Source: Squalus acanthias (lineage: Eukaryota). From it: a stretch of DNA of 64,000 nucleotides. Numbering within the stretch: the first letter of the stretch is position 1; every line of letters begins with the position of its first letter. Both the position numbers and the translations under genes were made by a program. A model generated the notes under the pieces. The model saw only the letters and a program-made list of their open reading frames with translations. It did not search any database and was not told the DNA's origin. The stretch is from positions 44,268,001 through 44,332,000 of the forward strand of contig CM059435.1 of NCBI GenBank assembly GCA_030390025.1, read 5' to 3'. Of the stretch, positions 22,233 to 34,814 are shown piece after piece.

Positions 22233-24832
22233 AGATTTTTATAAGGTTAATGGGCTGACTATGCTCATTGACTCCTATGCATTCAATCATTAGTGAGAAG
22301 AAATCTTGTACTGTTTACATTAACATTTTGGTAGCTTTTAGCTGAACACTGATGATTATGTTGCAAAGTTTGGACATCAGGCTTAATTTTTGAGGGGCTG
22401 CGTCCTCCCTTTTATCCTATGCTTCTGCAAGAAGAAATGAGTAAGGCTGAATTGTAGTGTGGTACATTTTGCTTTAAATTCATACATAATGCATCTTAAA
22501 AGAATTGTATTATAGAATAATGGATGATCAGTCATGTATTAAAAATGTTTTTAACCCACATTGATTTTGGGCTCGCATGTGTTGCAGTCAATACTGTGTT
22601 TGCAAACCCCAAACCAAATTAGGGAACGGGTGGACCTCCATTATTAGATGCCCATCCATACTATTCTTCAACAGTTAGAGCCTGCTTTTACTTGTCATTA
22701 AAGTGGGGCATTTTTTTTCCTCTGGAAGGTAATCTTTAGTAGTTTACTGCAAAAGAGCACACTCAAACATCTTCTATTGAGTTAAGAGAGAAACCCAGTT
22801 TGTTTTGTTGATTTTACTCCTTACCACCCCTCACCACAAATTAATGTCACGGTCTCTCTAACGGGCTTCCTATTGGTGGTAAAAATGCAATTATCAATTA
22901 GGTCCATGGAAATTCTGCAGCCATTCCCACATCTTCCCACCATAATTGCAGTGAGTCAGCCGGAACTGCTGGGACCTGGACACGTTGCGGGGGCTTTCCA
23001 CCCAAACATAGCCATTGCCCTAAGTAGGCACGGGGGGGGGGGGGTGGCGGGAACCCTAAGTCAGGAGTAGCCATGTCCCTGCCTCTCAGTAGGACCCAGC
23101 GCATGGTTGGCTGAGGTACGCCTGGTCAGACTAGGTATACCGCCTTGACATCTAGGAGGAGGTGAAGTGGATCCACCAGCAAGTGGGGTGTCAAAGGAAG
23201 GCTGTGATCGTGGCCTGCACCCTCGAAGACAAAGGCCAAATTTTTCTTAATTTTTTAAGCAGCCTTCTTACAGGCAAGCTTCATCCAGATGTTCTGGCCT
23301 TTCCAGTAGGTGGATGTTCTAGATACGCCCCCGTAGTGGCATAGGCACCCGCCGCTAGGATGCATATCCGAGAACCTCCCCCTGATCTCGGAAAGTCTGC
23401 TATGATCGACAACGGAGGTTACTGGCAGGTGAAGGTGTAATGGCCTGGATCGCTGGCCTGTCGATTGTCGAGGCCTAGTTTTTTTACAACAAGAAGTGCC
23501 TCGAGGCAGAGGATCTTCTTTATGAATTAACTCTTGAAATTTAGCATTTGAAAGAAAAGATATGGGGTAGAGCAGGAGTGTCCAAGCCTCATGGCTTTAT
23601 GGGCTGTTTAGGTGCATACCATGGATGCTAGCAGGCTACATATAGACTCCGAATTTCCACAGGCTTTTCTGGCATACTCTTGGTCTAAGTCCATTGGGAG
23701 TGCGATGAAAGGCCCATGAAATAGCCCAGGATGCCAATACATCAGTCCCGGCCTTTGCTCTGAGTTTCTGGGGACCTTTTTTGGGGCAGAACCTCCAGTT
23801 GTCCCAAGCACGGCCTCTTGTGTCAAAATCGTGTGACCAGGGGGAGGAAACTACCAGGCATAGCATTTCCTCCACTCCGGCCAAGGTTACACCAGGCGGC
23901 CGGTACTGCTAGGATGAACTAGGCATACAGGCCTCACCAGGAGTGGCCTTGGTGGTCACTACGTGTGTGTATGTGTGGCCCTCCTGGACCTGCACAATAA
24001 GGCTGGCATTTCAGGACCTTGATGGGCCCATTGTATAGGCCCATTATTAATATTTCCTGTGGCCTGATAAGCAGTTGGCCAGCACTGCTTTTTTTTCCTA
24101 CCGTACTCTGGTGGACGCCCAAAATATGCCCATCATGGCACAGGCATCTGCCAGTAACATGTAAATCAGGGAACCTCCCTCTGACCCCAGGCCGAGGTTC
24201 CCAGCAGATACTAATGGGTCTTGAAGTTATTACATAGGATCTATCTATCAGATGAGGCAATTATGCCAAGAACCGTCAAGACACATGAAGTACAAACAGG
24301 ACAAATAGTGAATAAGAAAAATGAGCAGATATTGAACGGAGTTGCTTGGGCTTCGTGGGCTGGATTGCCAGGGTTTGAGCGTCAGGGTTGGGGTACAGTT
24401 TCCCTTTAAAACAACAGCTGTTATTGTGTCAGGCTGAGTAATCCATGGGGGAGAGCAGCTGGGTTGTAATGATAAATGGTGCAGATGAGATATTGGAGAG
24501 GCAAAACTATAGGGAAAATAATGATCTTCTGTCAATGTTGTTCTTGTTTCCAGAAACAAAGGGGGATTGGGTTCCCTGCATCTATTATATTATGGTTGTG
24601 TAAATGATTTATAATCACTTTGGTTTTAATAGAATCAGTTATTAAACTTTGACCGTTTTAGTTTTGCCACAGATGATTTTGTTAGAAATCCAAAATCTGT
24701 GTTTTGTTGCTATAATCCATTAATTATGGAGTTCTGTCTGTCACATTCAATGCTTTTTAATAGATTATATGTTCTTTAAAAAAAATATATAAATAGAGAA
24801 AAATGTAACCAATTAATAGTTAAAATGTCTTT

Positions 24833-24838
24833 AATAAA
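24833..24838 (+). promoter_or_regulatory. Candidate ZNFX1 polyadenylation signal (AATAAA; second at ~24848; proximal ATTAAA at 22538)
   Basis: Canonical hexamers in an AT-rich tract followed by GT/T-rich gtgttggttttgtt. Confidence 0.45.
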
Positions 24839-25103
24839 ACTCTCTAAATAAAGTAACAAAATGCTAAATGAGTGTTGGTTTTGTTATATATTTTAGGCAA
24901 ATACTTAACGTGGTATAAATGAAGGAAAAGTGACAACACTGCAGTGAGCTTCATTAATATGGTTTGATCCCCTTTGTGTCTAAATTGAAGACTTCCTGTT
25001 CCATGTTCCTCTGGGTCTCCATTTAGGTCCAGTTTGGCTGTGAGATGTTGACCCAGCTGAAATTCCATGCTGTTACCATCTTTTCTTGCATATAACATAA
25101 AAT

Positions 25104-26027
25104 ATGCAACAACAACATCAACTTGTATTTATATAGCGCCTTTAATGTAGTAAAGTGTCCCAAGACGCTTCACAGGAGTGTTATCAAACAAAATTTGACA
25201 CCGAGCCACATGAGGTATTCAGGCAGATGAGGTAGGTTTTAAGGAGGGTCTTAAAGGAGGAAGGGGAGGCGGAGAGGTTTAGCGCAGGAATTGCAGAGCT
25301 TAGGGCCTAGGTAACAGAAGGCATGGCCGCCAATGGTGGAGCGATTAAAATTGGGGATGCGCAAGAGGCCAGAATGGGAGGAGCACAGATATCTGAGGGT
25401 TGTAAGGCTGGAGGAGGTTACAGAGATAGGGAGGGGCGAGGCCATGGAGGGATTTGAAAACAAGGATGAGAATTTTAAAATTGAGGCGTTGGTGGACCAG
25501 GAGCCCATGTAGGTCAGCGAGCACAGGGGTGATGGGTGAACGGAATGTTGTGCTTGTTGAGTGAACAGGACTTTGTGTGTGTTAGGACACGGGCAGCAGA
25601 GTTTTGGATGACCTTAAGTTTATGGAGGGTGGAAGATGGGAGGGTGACCAGAAGTGCGTTGGAATAGTTAAGTCTCGTGGAAATAGGCAGTCTTAGCGAT
25701 AGCGCGAATATGTGGTTGGAAGCTCATCGCTGGGTCAAATACAACACCAAGGTTGTGAACAGTCTGGTTCAGCCTCAGATAGTTGCCAGGGAGAGGGATG
25801 GAGTCGGTGACTAGGGAATGGTGCTTGTGGCGGGGACCAAAGACAATGACTTTGGTTTTCCCAATATTTAGTTGGAGGAAATTTCCGCTCTTCCAGTACT
25901 GGATGTCGGACAAACAATTAGACAATTTAGAGACACTGGAGGGGGTGAAAGAGGTGGTGGTGATATATAGCTGGGTGTCATCAGCGCACATGTGGGAACT
26001 GATGCTGTGTTTTCAGATGATGTCGCA
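25104..26027 (-). mobile_element. L2-clade LINE 3' fragment with (CAA)n tail
   Basis: ADDTQLY, FLQLNIGKT; caacaacaacatcaacttgtatttatatagcgcc terminus. Confidence 0.88.
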
Positions 26028-26302
26028 CAGTGAAAATAATCTATTGAGCAAGCCCAATTATTATTTGCTGCACTACAAATTTTATATACTGCTGGGAGCT
26101 TTTTAATCTTTTGGATATGTAGTTCAGGACATACTAAGACCTGGTTTTACCTCGGGGTAGGGTGGTGAAATCAAGTGGGCAGGGCCAAGGTGAATGGCAA
26201 ACTCTCCAGACTGGGCAGCGTGAGGCCAGGGAGATTTTAACTCTCGTATCTCATCTGCGTGCTCTGGTATGTTGTCCACCCGAAATCAGCAGGAAGTGGC
26301 AG

Positions 26303-26736
26303 CTGGCAACGCTATCGACTCTGAGACAGAAGTTTGTGGGTTCAAGTCCCACTCCAGAGACTTGAGCACATAATCTAGGTTGACCGTTCCAGTGCAGTAC
26401 TGAGGGAGTGCTGCACTGTTGGGGGCGTCATCTTTTGGATGAGACTTCTGCCCTCTCCGATGGACATAAAAGATCCCATGGCACTATTTCATAGAAGAGC
26501 AGGTAGGTTCTTCCAGTGTTCTGGCCAACAATTATCCTTCAACCAACACCTAAAACAGATTATCTGGTTATTTATCACATTACTGTTTGTGGGACCTTAC
26601 TGTGCTTAAATTGGCTGCCATGTTTCCTACAGTACAACAGTGACTACACTTCCGAAAGTACTTAATTGGCTGCAAAGCACTTTAGGGCGTCCTGAGGTCG
26701 TGAACGGCGCTATATAAATGCAAGTTCTTTCTTTCT
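26303..26736 (+). mobile_element. Deu-domain SINE (SacSINE1/AmnSINE1-like)
   Basis: B-box gggttcaagtccc, gcagtactgagggagtgctgcactg, aaagatcccatggcactatt, L2-like tail ctatataaatgcaagttctttct; family from recalled consensus. Confidence 0.7.
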
Positions 26737-27409
26737 AACACTTTTTAAAAATTAATTGCTTTATAAGTTACATTATTTAATTTCATTAATTTGCGTTATT
26801 TTGTGTTTTATTTCCAGATATTTCTTTCACTGTTTGCCTTCCTACCTTGTTTGGGGCAAACAAATAGTTCATTCTGGTGGACAGAGTTATCACAAGCAAG
26901 GTAATGAGGCAAGATATAACTGAAAGGACATTGAACAGAGAATGTGAGAAAGGAATGCTAAGAATGGTTCTGAAAGAAGTAGGGAAGCAGAGAGAAAATT
27001 GACTGAAATGCGTTAAAACACAAAGAAAAAGACATGAAACAGAAACTACTACAAGACTAGGGAAAAAGGCAAGAAATTATAAAATGGAGAATATGAATAT
27101 AGTATGAAAAAGATCAGCCAGCTGGTATGGGCTAGGTGAAAAGAACACATTTGCAAAACTGAAGAAATATCAATAAGGAAAAATAAATACTTATCCTGGT
27201 TTAACATCACAATTACAAGTTGCAGATTCAATTATTTTCTTAGGATATAGAAATTGCAACCATCTAATCCTTGAAATCAAGTTTTTGAGTTCAATTTGTA
27301 TTGCATTTTACAAACAATATTTCACCAGCAATGTGTAATGATGAATATTTCCGCTCCTGAGACTGACCTTGACCCCCATTTGTGGGTTTGGATTCTACAC
27401 ACAGCTCCT

Positions 27410-28160
27410 CGGTGATATCTGACACACAGGGCCAGGTTCCATATGTATGTGGACGATACCAGTTTTACCACCTCCCTCAATGCCACACCCACCTCTGTGC
27501 TGTCAGGCTGGCTGCCTGACAGTAAGTCAAGGGTGAGCCAGAATTTCCTCCAATTTAACATCTGGAAACTGAAGCCATTGGTTTCAGTTCCCACCAAAAA
27601 CTCTGCTCCTTTGTCACTGGTTTTATTCCCCTCCCTGGCTCCTTGATCAGAGATGCACATCTGTGGGCAACCTTGGAATTGACCCTGAGCTGAGGACCAA
27701 ACCCATATCCTATTCATTACCCAAGAGCACTAACTTTCACCTCTGCATCATTGCCTGCCTTCACCCACCTCATGCCCATTGCTGCCTAAACAATTACATA
27801 CACCTTTGTGACCTTTAGACTCAATGGGGTAGATGTTCATCTTGCTGTCAAAACTGGCATTGCGGAACGGACACCCATTATTGAAACCGTCCAATTTTTA
27901 TTTCCACTAAAATCAATGTAACAGGCAGCTAATCCACGATGCCCGTGCCCGGGCGGCAAGTTGAAAATCTAAGCTAATTTCTCTGACGTTCTCTTTGCCA
28001 GCCTCCTTATTGCCACCTTCCATAAACCGCAACTTGTCCAAAATGCCACCGCCCGTCACCCCCATCCTCACTGACCTCCGTTGGTATCCCGTCCCACAGT
28101 GGATTGAATTTAAAATCCATGTCCTCATCTACAAATGCCTTATGGCCTCACCTCGCCCTA
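27410..28160 (+). mobile_element. Decayed L2 fragment (split by a MITE)
   Basis: MYVDDT, PVTPILTDLRWYPV...EFKI. Confidence 0.75.
27826..27975. mobile_element. 150-bp MITE, Harbinger-like
   Basis: TIR ggggtagatgttcatcttgctg / cggcaagttgaaaatctaagct; TSD AAT. Confidence 0.65.
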
Positions 28161-28188
28161 CTTCCTCAAGCCTGATGTTCCTTCCTGT

Positions 28189-28829
28189 GGCTGACTTTGA
28201 TGTTCCGTGTATTCACGAAAATGACATCTCACCCTTAACTTCCTGTGATTTTCATGAAGTTGCTGCATTTGCACAATAAGGCCATTAAACTGGCCACAGA
28301 AAGTTAAGACCAGTAATTAACAGCATAAGTACCCTTTTAACAAAATGATAATTGTTAATGACTGCCAGTCGACCTCTCCTGCCCAGAAAGTAAACAATTC
28401 TAAGTTTGGAGTCTCATTTCTTCGGATTGTGAATTGTATTAGGAGATTTTACAAATGTTAAATTTTATATTTTTTCTTATTTTTCCCTTCTGTCTCTTTT
28501 TTTCTCTCTCGCTTAATCCAATCTTTCTTTCCCTCTCTTATTTCTCTTTCTGTACTTGATTTGACATTGAATTCACCCACTCTAACTCGCCCTCCTTCTC
28601 AGTCCTTCCGTTGTTTATTTCTCAATCCTTAAATCTTACTGGTTAAGGAGACGTACTGTTTGTCCCGTTGTTCACCAAGGTCCCAGATGCTCTCTTGTCC
28701 TCACTGTGCCTTTATCAGCTCGCGCTTCCAGCAACTTTGTGGACAAAAACTTTTAGAACCTAAATGTACACTAACAAGTCTAGCTAACTGGGCACGCTGC
28801 GAGATGCCCCGTTCCAGCAAAATCTGGCC
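28189..28829. mobile_element. Probable decayed MITE
   Basis: Right end cagcaaaatctggcc; left end degenerate; AT-rich core. Confidence 0.4.
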
Positions 28830-30889
28830 AATTTTTCTCAAGAAGTCTGTGTTATTCACAATAGACAGTCAATAATTAGATGATTGCACTGATACTGATT
28901 GAGAACAACTACTCGCTAGACAGCTAGGGTTTAATGTTTAAATGTGGGTCCAATTCATCATCTGCAGGTCATCAAATATTTCTCTCTATTTCACAGGCTT
29001 TAGCACATATAGCACATTCATCCTTAATAGAGTGACCACCTCGTGCAAGAGGTACAGTAGAATAGCTCTAGATGGAGTACACTTCTTAGGAAAAAGCACT
29101 AAGTACATATGTAAACTGCGGAGTATATGCACAGAAGGAGGCTATTCGGCCCATCAAGTCCGGGCCGTGTGTGTGGATTATACATGGGAGAGGAGTAACG
29201 GTTCTGATAAAAAAAAACCCTGCTATTTCTAAAAGAGCAGTGATATATTTTGCACATATATGGGCAGAGAATGTGGCACTGAGGCAGAGTCACTGAGGTT
29301 GTTGCTCCTCTGATGTTGCATGCATATGAACTCCATTGAGCTGACCTCACTTCACATAGCGAGGTTTGCACATTTAAATATTTTTGTGGTTTAGTGCATG
29401 TCATGCTGAAAGCTCCATGAAGATTGCGGGCTAGAAATTCAGGCACCAGCAGCTACTGAAGGGCTTTTTGTAATTTAAAAGGCTTGGGAGCATAATAACC
29501 CCTTTGAAATATTGGCCTTTGCAGGCCAAAGAAGCCGGGTGCAGGAATGAAGAGAGCTCCTTCTTGGACAGTGTGACATTTCTCTTACCAGCCACCCAGA
29601 GTGATATTCCTCATTAGAAAAATGCAGTGTTGTAGGGCCATGCCCGCCAGGAACTGTACTGAGACTACCCAAACTTATTTCCCTATAGTCGGCAACTCGA
29701 GGAGACTTTCATCCAATCAGGGCTGTTTTTGAATCCATGTGCCAGAAGTAAAAGGCCACCAGTTCTGCTGAAGAAACTCTGATGAAGAGACATCATGGAT
29801 CATTATTCAGTTTTAAAATATTGACTCTTGTAATATTTGCCATACAGATCAGGTAGATTCCAGGGTTCAATTCATGGACTGTTCTGAAGTAGCCCATCTC
29901 AATCAGGGTGCAATGCAGATACTACTGTTGGCCTTAACACCTCTAAGTGAAGGAAGGAAAACAGACATGGGCTCTTGTTCCTGGAGGCTCTGATTATGCA
30001 AATTCTACCCAAATTCCAATATAATGCATATGACAGTGTCTTGCCTGGTGCAAACACGTGAACACTCAATTAGCAATGACAACCACTCATTTTCCTTTAT
30101 TTAAGCATCCTCCACACCTCATAGGAGTCAAGTCTAGTTTGATTGATTATGGGGAAACCATGTGCTTACCCTATGCATGGCTATGTTGGCAGGATGTTAT
30201 AGATAGGCAGTGCTGCAAATGATTTCCTACTGCTATGTCACATAGAGCTACAGGAATTGTAGCATTATGACAGTTTGTTTTCCCCCAGACAACAAGGCTG
30301 TGTTCTCCGCACTTAATATTGACCCTCTGACTTGGGTAAAGCCTTCGGTCTCTCCACAGGCTGGAATAAATTGTCACTGCAGTCTTTCACAGTTTGCAAG
30401 TATATTCTATTCCCAAACTGAAAAGTATTTTTTTTCCTACATTTTATTTCTGGGAATTGGGCAACAGCACTGGTCAGCACCACCTGGTGAACCTTTGAAA
30501 ATATCAACAGAAACAGCGCTGTTCTTATTATGACTTTCATATGAATGAGGCAAAGAAAAATAAAATGGAATGGACACTGCAAACCAGATTACACGCTCTG
30601 CTGCAAATAATGCTTTTGTCATATGGCAACAATCATCGACCAACCACACTATCTGTAGGTGGCCATTTAAGAGGCCATAAAAAGAAGACAAAACCAAATA
30701 AGCACAATATAAACAACCGGCGATGCCAAATTGAAATTTAGCATTCAGTTGTCATTTGATACATCTGCTAGTACTACTAGAATATACTGCTATGTCATTA
30801 GAAATGAAAATTGAGAGAGATATATAATGGGCGGCTGATCCCGTATCGCCTGTTTTACACTATCGCCCAAAGACAAAATTACCCCTCCT

Positions 30890-31135
30890 GTTTCTACAGA
30901 AATCAAATAGGGAATTCAGAAGAAACTTCTGTACCCAGAGGGAGTGGTGAGAATGTGGAACTCGCTACCACAGGGAGTGGTTGTAGCGAATAGCATAGAT
31001 GTATTTAAGGGTAGGCTAGATAAGCATATGAGGGAGAAGGGAATAGAGGGTTATGCTGATAAGAGTTAGATGAACAAAGATGGGAGGAGGCTCGAGTGGA
31101 GCATAAACACCAACGTGGAGTGTATATCCTATGAA
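30890..31135 (+). mobile_element. CR1 3' fragment
   Basis: Closely similar to 41750-42012. Confidence 0.8.
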
Positions 31136-31305
31136 GTTGAAATTATTGGTGTGATAACACAATGGTGAGTGCCCATATTATCATGCACAGAGGCATAAGT
31201 CTACCACATGCCTGATGCACTCTGTATCCTACAAAATAGGCTTGAAGCACTGTCTGCACCAAGAGGCTCTGCATAAACAGTGCTGGGAGACAACCCAAAT
31301 ATAAT

Positions 31306-32037
31306 GGCCGTAATTTCTGATAGGAGGCTTCCTGCGTGCGGATGCATCCTATCGGAAAAAAATCTACAAACTTACCTGAAGGCTCCCGAGGTCCGGACAT
31401 TTCTGCTCCTGGGCCTCTCCAAAGTCGAAATGCACAGGGCCCACGTATCCCAGGGGCGCATGCGGTTCGCAAACGTCCCCGGGATCATGTAGGCCAGGCC
31501 AGCCAACAGGAGAAGGGAATCTCCCTTCGTACTTTTGACAGATAGACCTGTCAAATATATGAATGGAGATCACCCCAAAAATACACTAAAACATTAAATA
31601 AATAAATTTTAAAAATCACGTTTTAAAAATTAGTTAAAATTACATTAAATTCAATATTTTAAACAAAAATTTAATTTTTTGAAAAAAAGAATTAAAGTTT
31701 TATACACGGCTAAAAATAAACTTACCTTTTTTAAAAGTATTTTTAAATTATAAATGAGTGAAAATATTTTTCAACTCTTATGCTGGTAAAAGCAGGCCTT
31801 ACGCCTGCTTTTACCAGGTGTAAGATTTTGAAGTGTTTTCAGCGGGCGGAGGTTTTGAACTCTCCCCCCGCAGAGGCCCTTCTCTAGGGCAGGCGTCCGA
31901 TCTGACGAGCATTCTTGACAGATCGGAAATACCGGTTTTCAGTGCAGCGCTTCTCATGCCTGAAACCGGCATTTCCGATGGCCCTACGGGTGTGTACACA
32001 GCCTGTACACACCTGTAGGCATCGGAAAATACGGGCC
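31306..32037. mobile_element. MITE, PIF/Harbinger-like
   Basis: TIR ggccgtaatttctgat / atcggaaaatacgggcc; TSD AAT; internal hairpins. Confidence 0.75.
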
Positions 32038-32084
32038 AATAGCTTCATCGTAAATACTCTTTGTACATTATTTCTGTATGGTTT

Positions 32085-33150
32085 TAGAAGTACAGTCATA
32101 CGGCACAGGAGGAGGCCATTTGGCCCATCGAGTCTGTGCCGGCTCTCTGTTGAGCAATCCAGTCAGTCTCATTCCCCCGCTCTATCCCCATAGCACTGCA
32201 AGTTTATTTCCCTCAAGTGCCTATCCAGTCTCCCCTTGAAAACATTGAGTGTCTCCACTTCCACCACTTCCGTCGGCAGCGAGTTCCAGGTCCTCACCAC
32301 TCGCTGTGTAAAAAAGATTTTCCTCACATCCCCCCTGTATCTCTTGCCCAAAACCTTAAATCTGTGTCCCCTAGTCCTTGTACCATCAACTAGTGGGAAC
32401 AGCCTTTCCCCGTCTAGCCTATCCAAACCCGTCATAATCTTGTACACCTCTATCAAATCACCCCTCCACCTCCTTTGCTCTAATGAAAACAAATCCAGCT
32501 TCTCCAACCTGTCCTTGTAGCTAAGATCCCCCATCCCCGTAACCATTCTGGTAAATCTCCTCTGCACCCTCTCAAGGGCCTTCACATCCTTCCTAAAGTG
32601 TGGTGACCAGAACTGGATGCAATACTCCAGTTGTGGCCTAACCAGCGCTTTATAAAGGTTCAGCGTAACTTCTCTACTTTTGTACTCAATACCTCTATTT
32701 ATGAAGCCCAAGATCCCATATGCTTTGCTAACCACTTTCTCAATATGTCCTGCCACCTTCAGGGATCTATGCACATTAACTCCCAGGTCGCTCTGTCCCT
32801 GCACACTGTTTAAAACTGTGCCATTAAGTGTATATTGCCTCTCCCTGTTCCTTCTGCCAAAATGCATCACCTCACACTTCTCTGTATTAAATTCTATCTG
32901 CCACTTGTCTGCCCATTCTGCTAGCCTTTCTATGTCCTGTTGTAGTCGATTGGTATCATCCTCACTGTTTGCCACACCCCCAAGTTTGGTGTCATCGGCA
33001 AATTTAGAAATTCTACTCTGTATTCCAATATCCAGGTCATTTATATATATATCAAAAAAAGCAGTGGCCCCAGCACTGACCCTTGGGGAACATCACTGTC
33101 TACCATCCTCCAGTCTGAAAAACAGCCATTTACCACAATTCCTTATCCAA
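32085..33150 (-). mobile_element. CR1 LINE 3' portion
   Basis: 268-aa ORF 32169-32975 WADKWQIEFN...YKALVRPQLEY...FTQRVV. Confidence 0.93.
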
Positions 33151-33589
33151 GCTGCCACTGACCCACATCCATTGCATTCCCTTCATCAATCCTCTCTGTT
33201 ACTTCATCAATAAATGCAATTAGTTTAGTATTGAATAGTATTGAATAGCTTAACCTAATGACTATAAATGTCAATATAGTAGAAATTCTAAAACACTCGT
33301 AACTTCAGAGAATGGAATTGACCTTATGATGTATAAAGGCCAGTACTACTGCCACATTTACCTTGTAAAATGTGCTCCTGTAATATGGCAGGACATATGT
33401 AAACACCCAGAAATGTGGATCTATAATGCTGTCAATTCCCTGAACATCGGAGCATTTATACCACGGAGTGCAGCTAATGGAGCGAGACCCCCATGGGACT
33501 GTCCTCACTTGGTTCCACTCTTACCTATCCGATTGTAGCTAGAGCATCTCTCGTAATAGCTTCTCTTCCCACCCCCACACTGTCACCTC

Positions 33590-34125
33590 CAGAGGCCCAC
33601 AAGAATTCACCCGTGGTCCTATCCTCATCCACATGTTGCCCTTTGGCGACATAATCTGCAAACATGGGGTCAGCATCTACCTGTACACTGACAACACCCA
33701 GCTCTGCGTCTTTCTACCCCTCCACTGCCTCTATGCTGTCAGATACACTTGTCTGACATCCATTTTAATGAGCTGCAATTAGCATTTGCTTAACATTAGG
33801 AAGACTGAAGGCATTGTCTTCGGCCCACATCACAAATTTCATACATCCCCTTCCCTGCCCAGTCTCAGACTGAACCAGGCTGTTTGCAACCTAACTGTCC
33901 TACCCAACCTCAAGCTGTGCTTCTAAGTCTGTATTCTCTCCATTACAAAGAACCTGTTATTTCCTACTTTAAGACTCTGCTTAAAATCTACCTCTTTGAC
34001 CAAGCTTCTGGCCACCACGCTGCATATCTCCTTTGGCTTGATATTCTTTTTGTTCCTTACCACCTCTGTGAAGCACCTTGGAAAATTATTCCACATTAAA
34101 GGCACTATATAAATACAAGTTGTTG
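33590..34125 (+). mobile_element. Decayed L2 3' fragment
   Basis: Tail ggcactatataaatacaagttgttg. Confidence 0.75.
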
Positions 34126-34528
34126 TCTGGTGCTGGCTACATTACTGCAAAATGAAAGTGCCTTGAGAATGAAAACGCAGCCAAGGACAAATTTGGTTGC
34201 GATTCAGGAGCTACCTGCAGAAACTTTGTATTGTCACAAACCCAGCATTAATTCAGTTTGAAACAAAACTGAGAGTTTAAGTGTAATGTGATCGTAGAGA
34301 AATGAGGGTGAGCTGTGCGATGTACATCATAAGATAACTGGATGAGGGAAGACATTCAGCCCATCTTCATCCATCCATCCAGAATGACCTTACAGTGGAC
34401 CCAGGGAGTGTCCCCAGTAATCTCCCCTCCGACCAGCTCTGACCTGCCTCTCATAGGTGAGGGAATGTGATCAAGTTTGGGAGAAAGTGATTGGGGCTGG
34501 CAGTGGATCACTCGTGAAGGGAAGGGGT

Positions 34529-34590
34529 CTGGCCCCGCCCCTGTGCCTGCCACTGGCCCCGCCCCTGTGCCTGCCACTGGCCCCGCCCCT
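34529..34590. repeat. 24-bp tandem repeat (~2.6 copies), each unit with a GC box
   Basis: ctggccccgcccctgtgcctgcca x2 plus ctggccccgcccct. Confidence 0.9.
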
Positions 34591-34708
34591 CGCATGCCCC
34601 GCCCCACCCCTGGTCACGCCCCCTCCATTGGCCCCGCCTTTCTCGATGTCCCCTCCCCTCCCTTGGCCCCGCCTTTTCCGCCCCTTCTCTCCGGGGTGTG
34701 AGGCCGAG

Positions 34709-34814
34709 ATGGAGGAGCGGGATGGAGCCGGGGCCTTGGAGTCAGGCGAGGACCTGCGGCCGCCGCTGCGGAACCTGGTGCACGGCCTGAGGGAGGTGGC
34801 GTCGCAGCTGCGAG
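34709..34814 (+). CDS. CCNDBP1: CCNDBP1 (GCIP) exon 1: MEERDGAG...LREVASQLR
   Basis: Good Kozak context gccgagATGG; gtgagc donor; phase 1 fits exon 2. Confidence 0.82.

Noticed and set aside
22349-22382. SECIS-like ATGA...AAA...GA hairpin after the TGA stop of ZNFX1
   Set aside because: Helix II is too short and unpaired, and the stop falls close to the normal ZNFX1 C-terminus
32169-32975. 268-aa uninterrupted ORF as a domesticated gene
   Set aside because: Ordinary C-terminal part of CR1 ORF2 in a 5'-truncated copy
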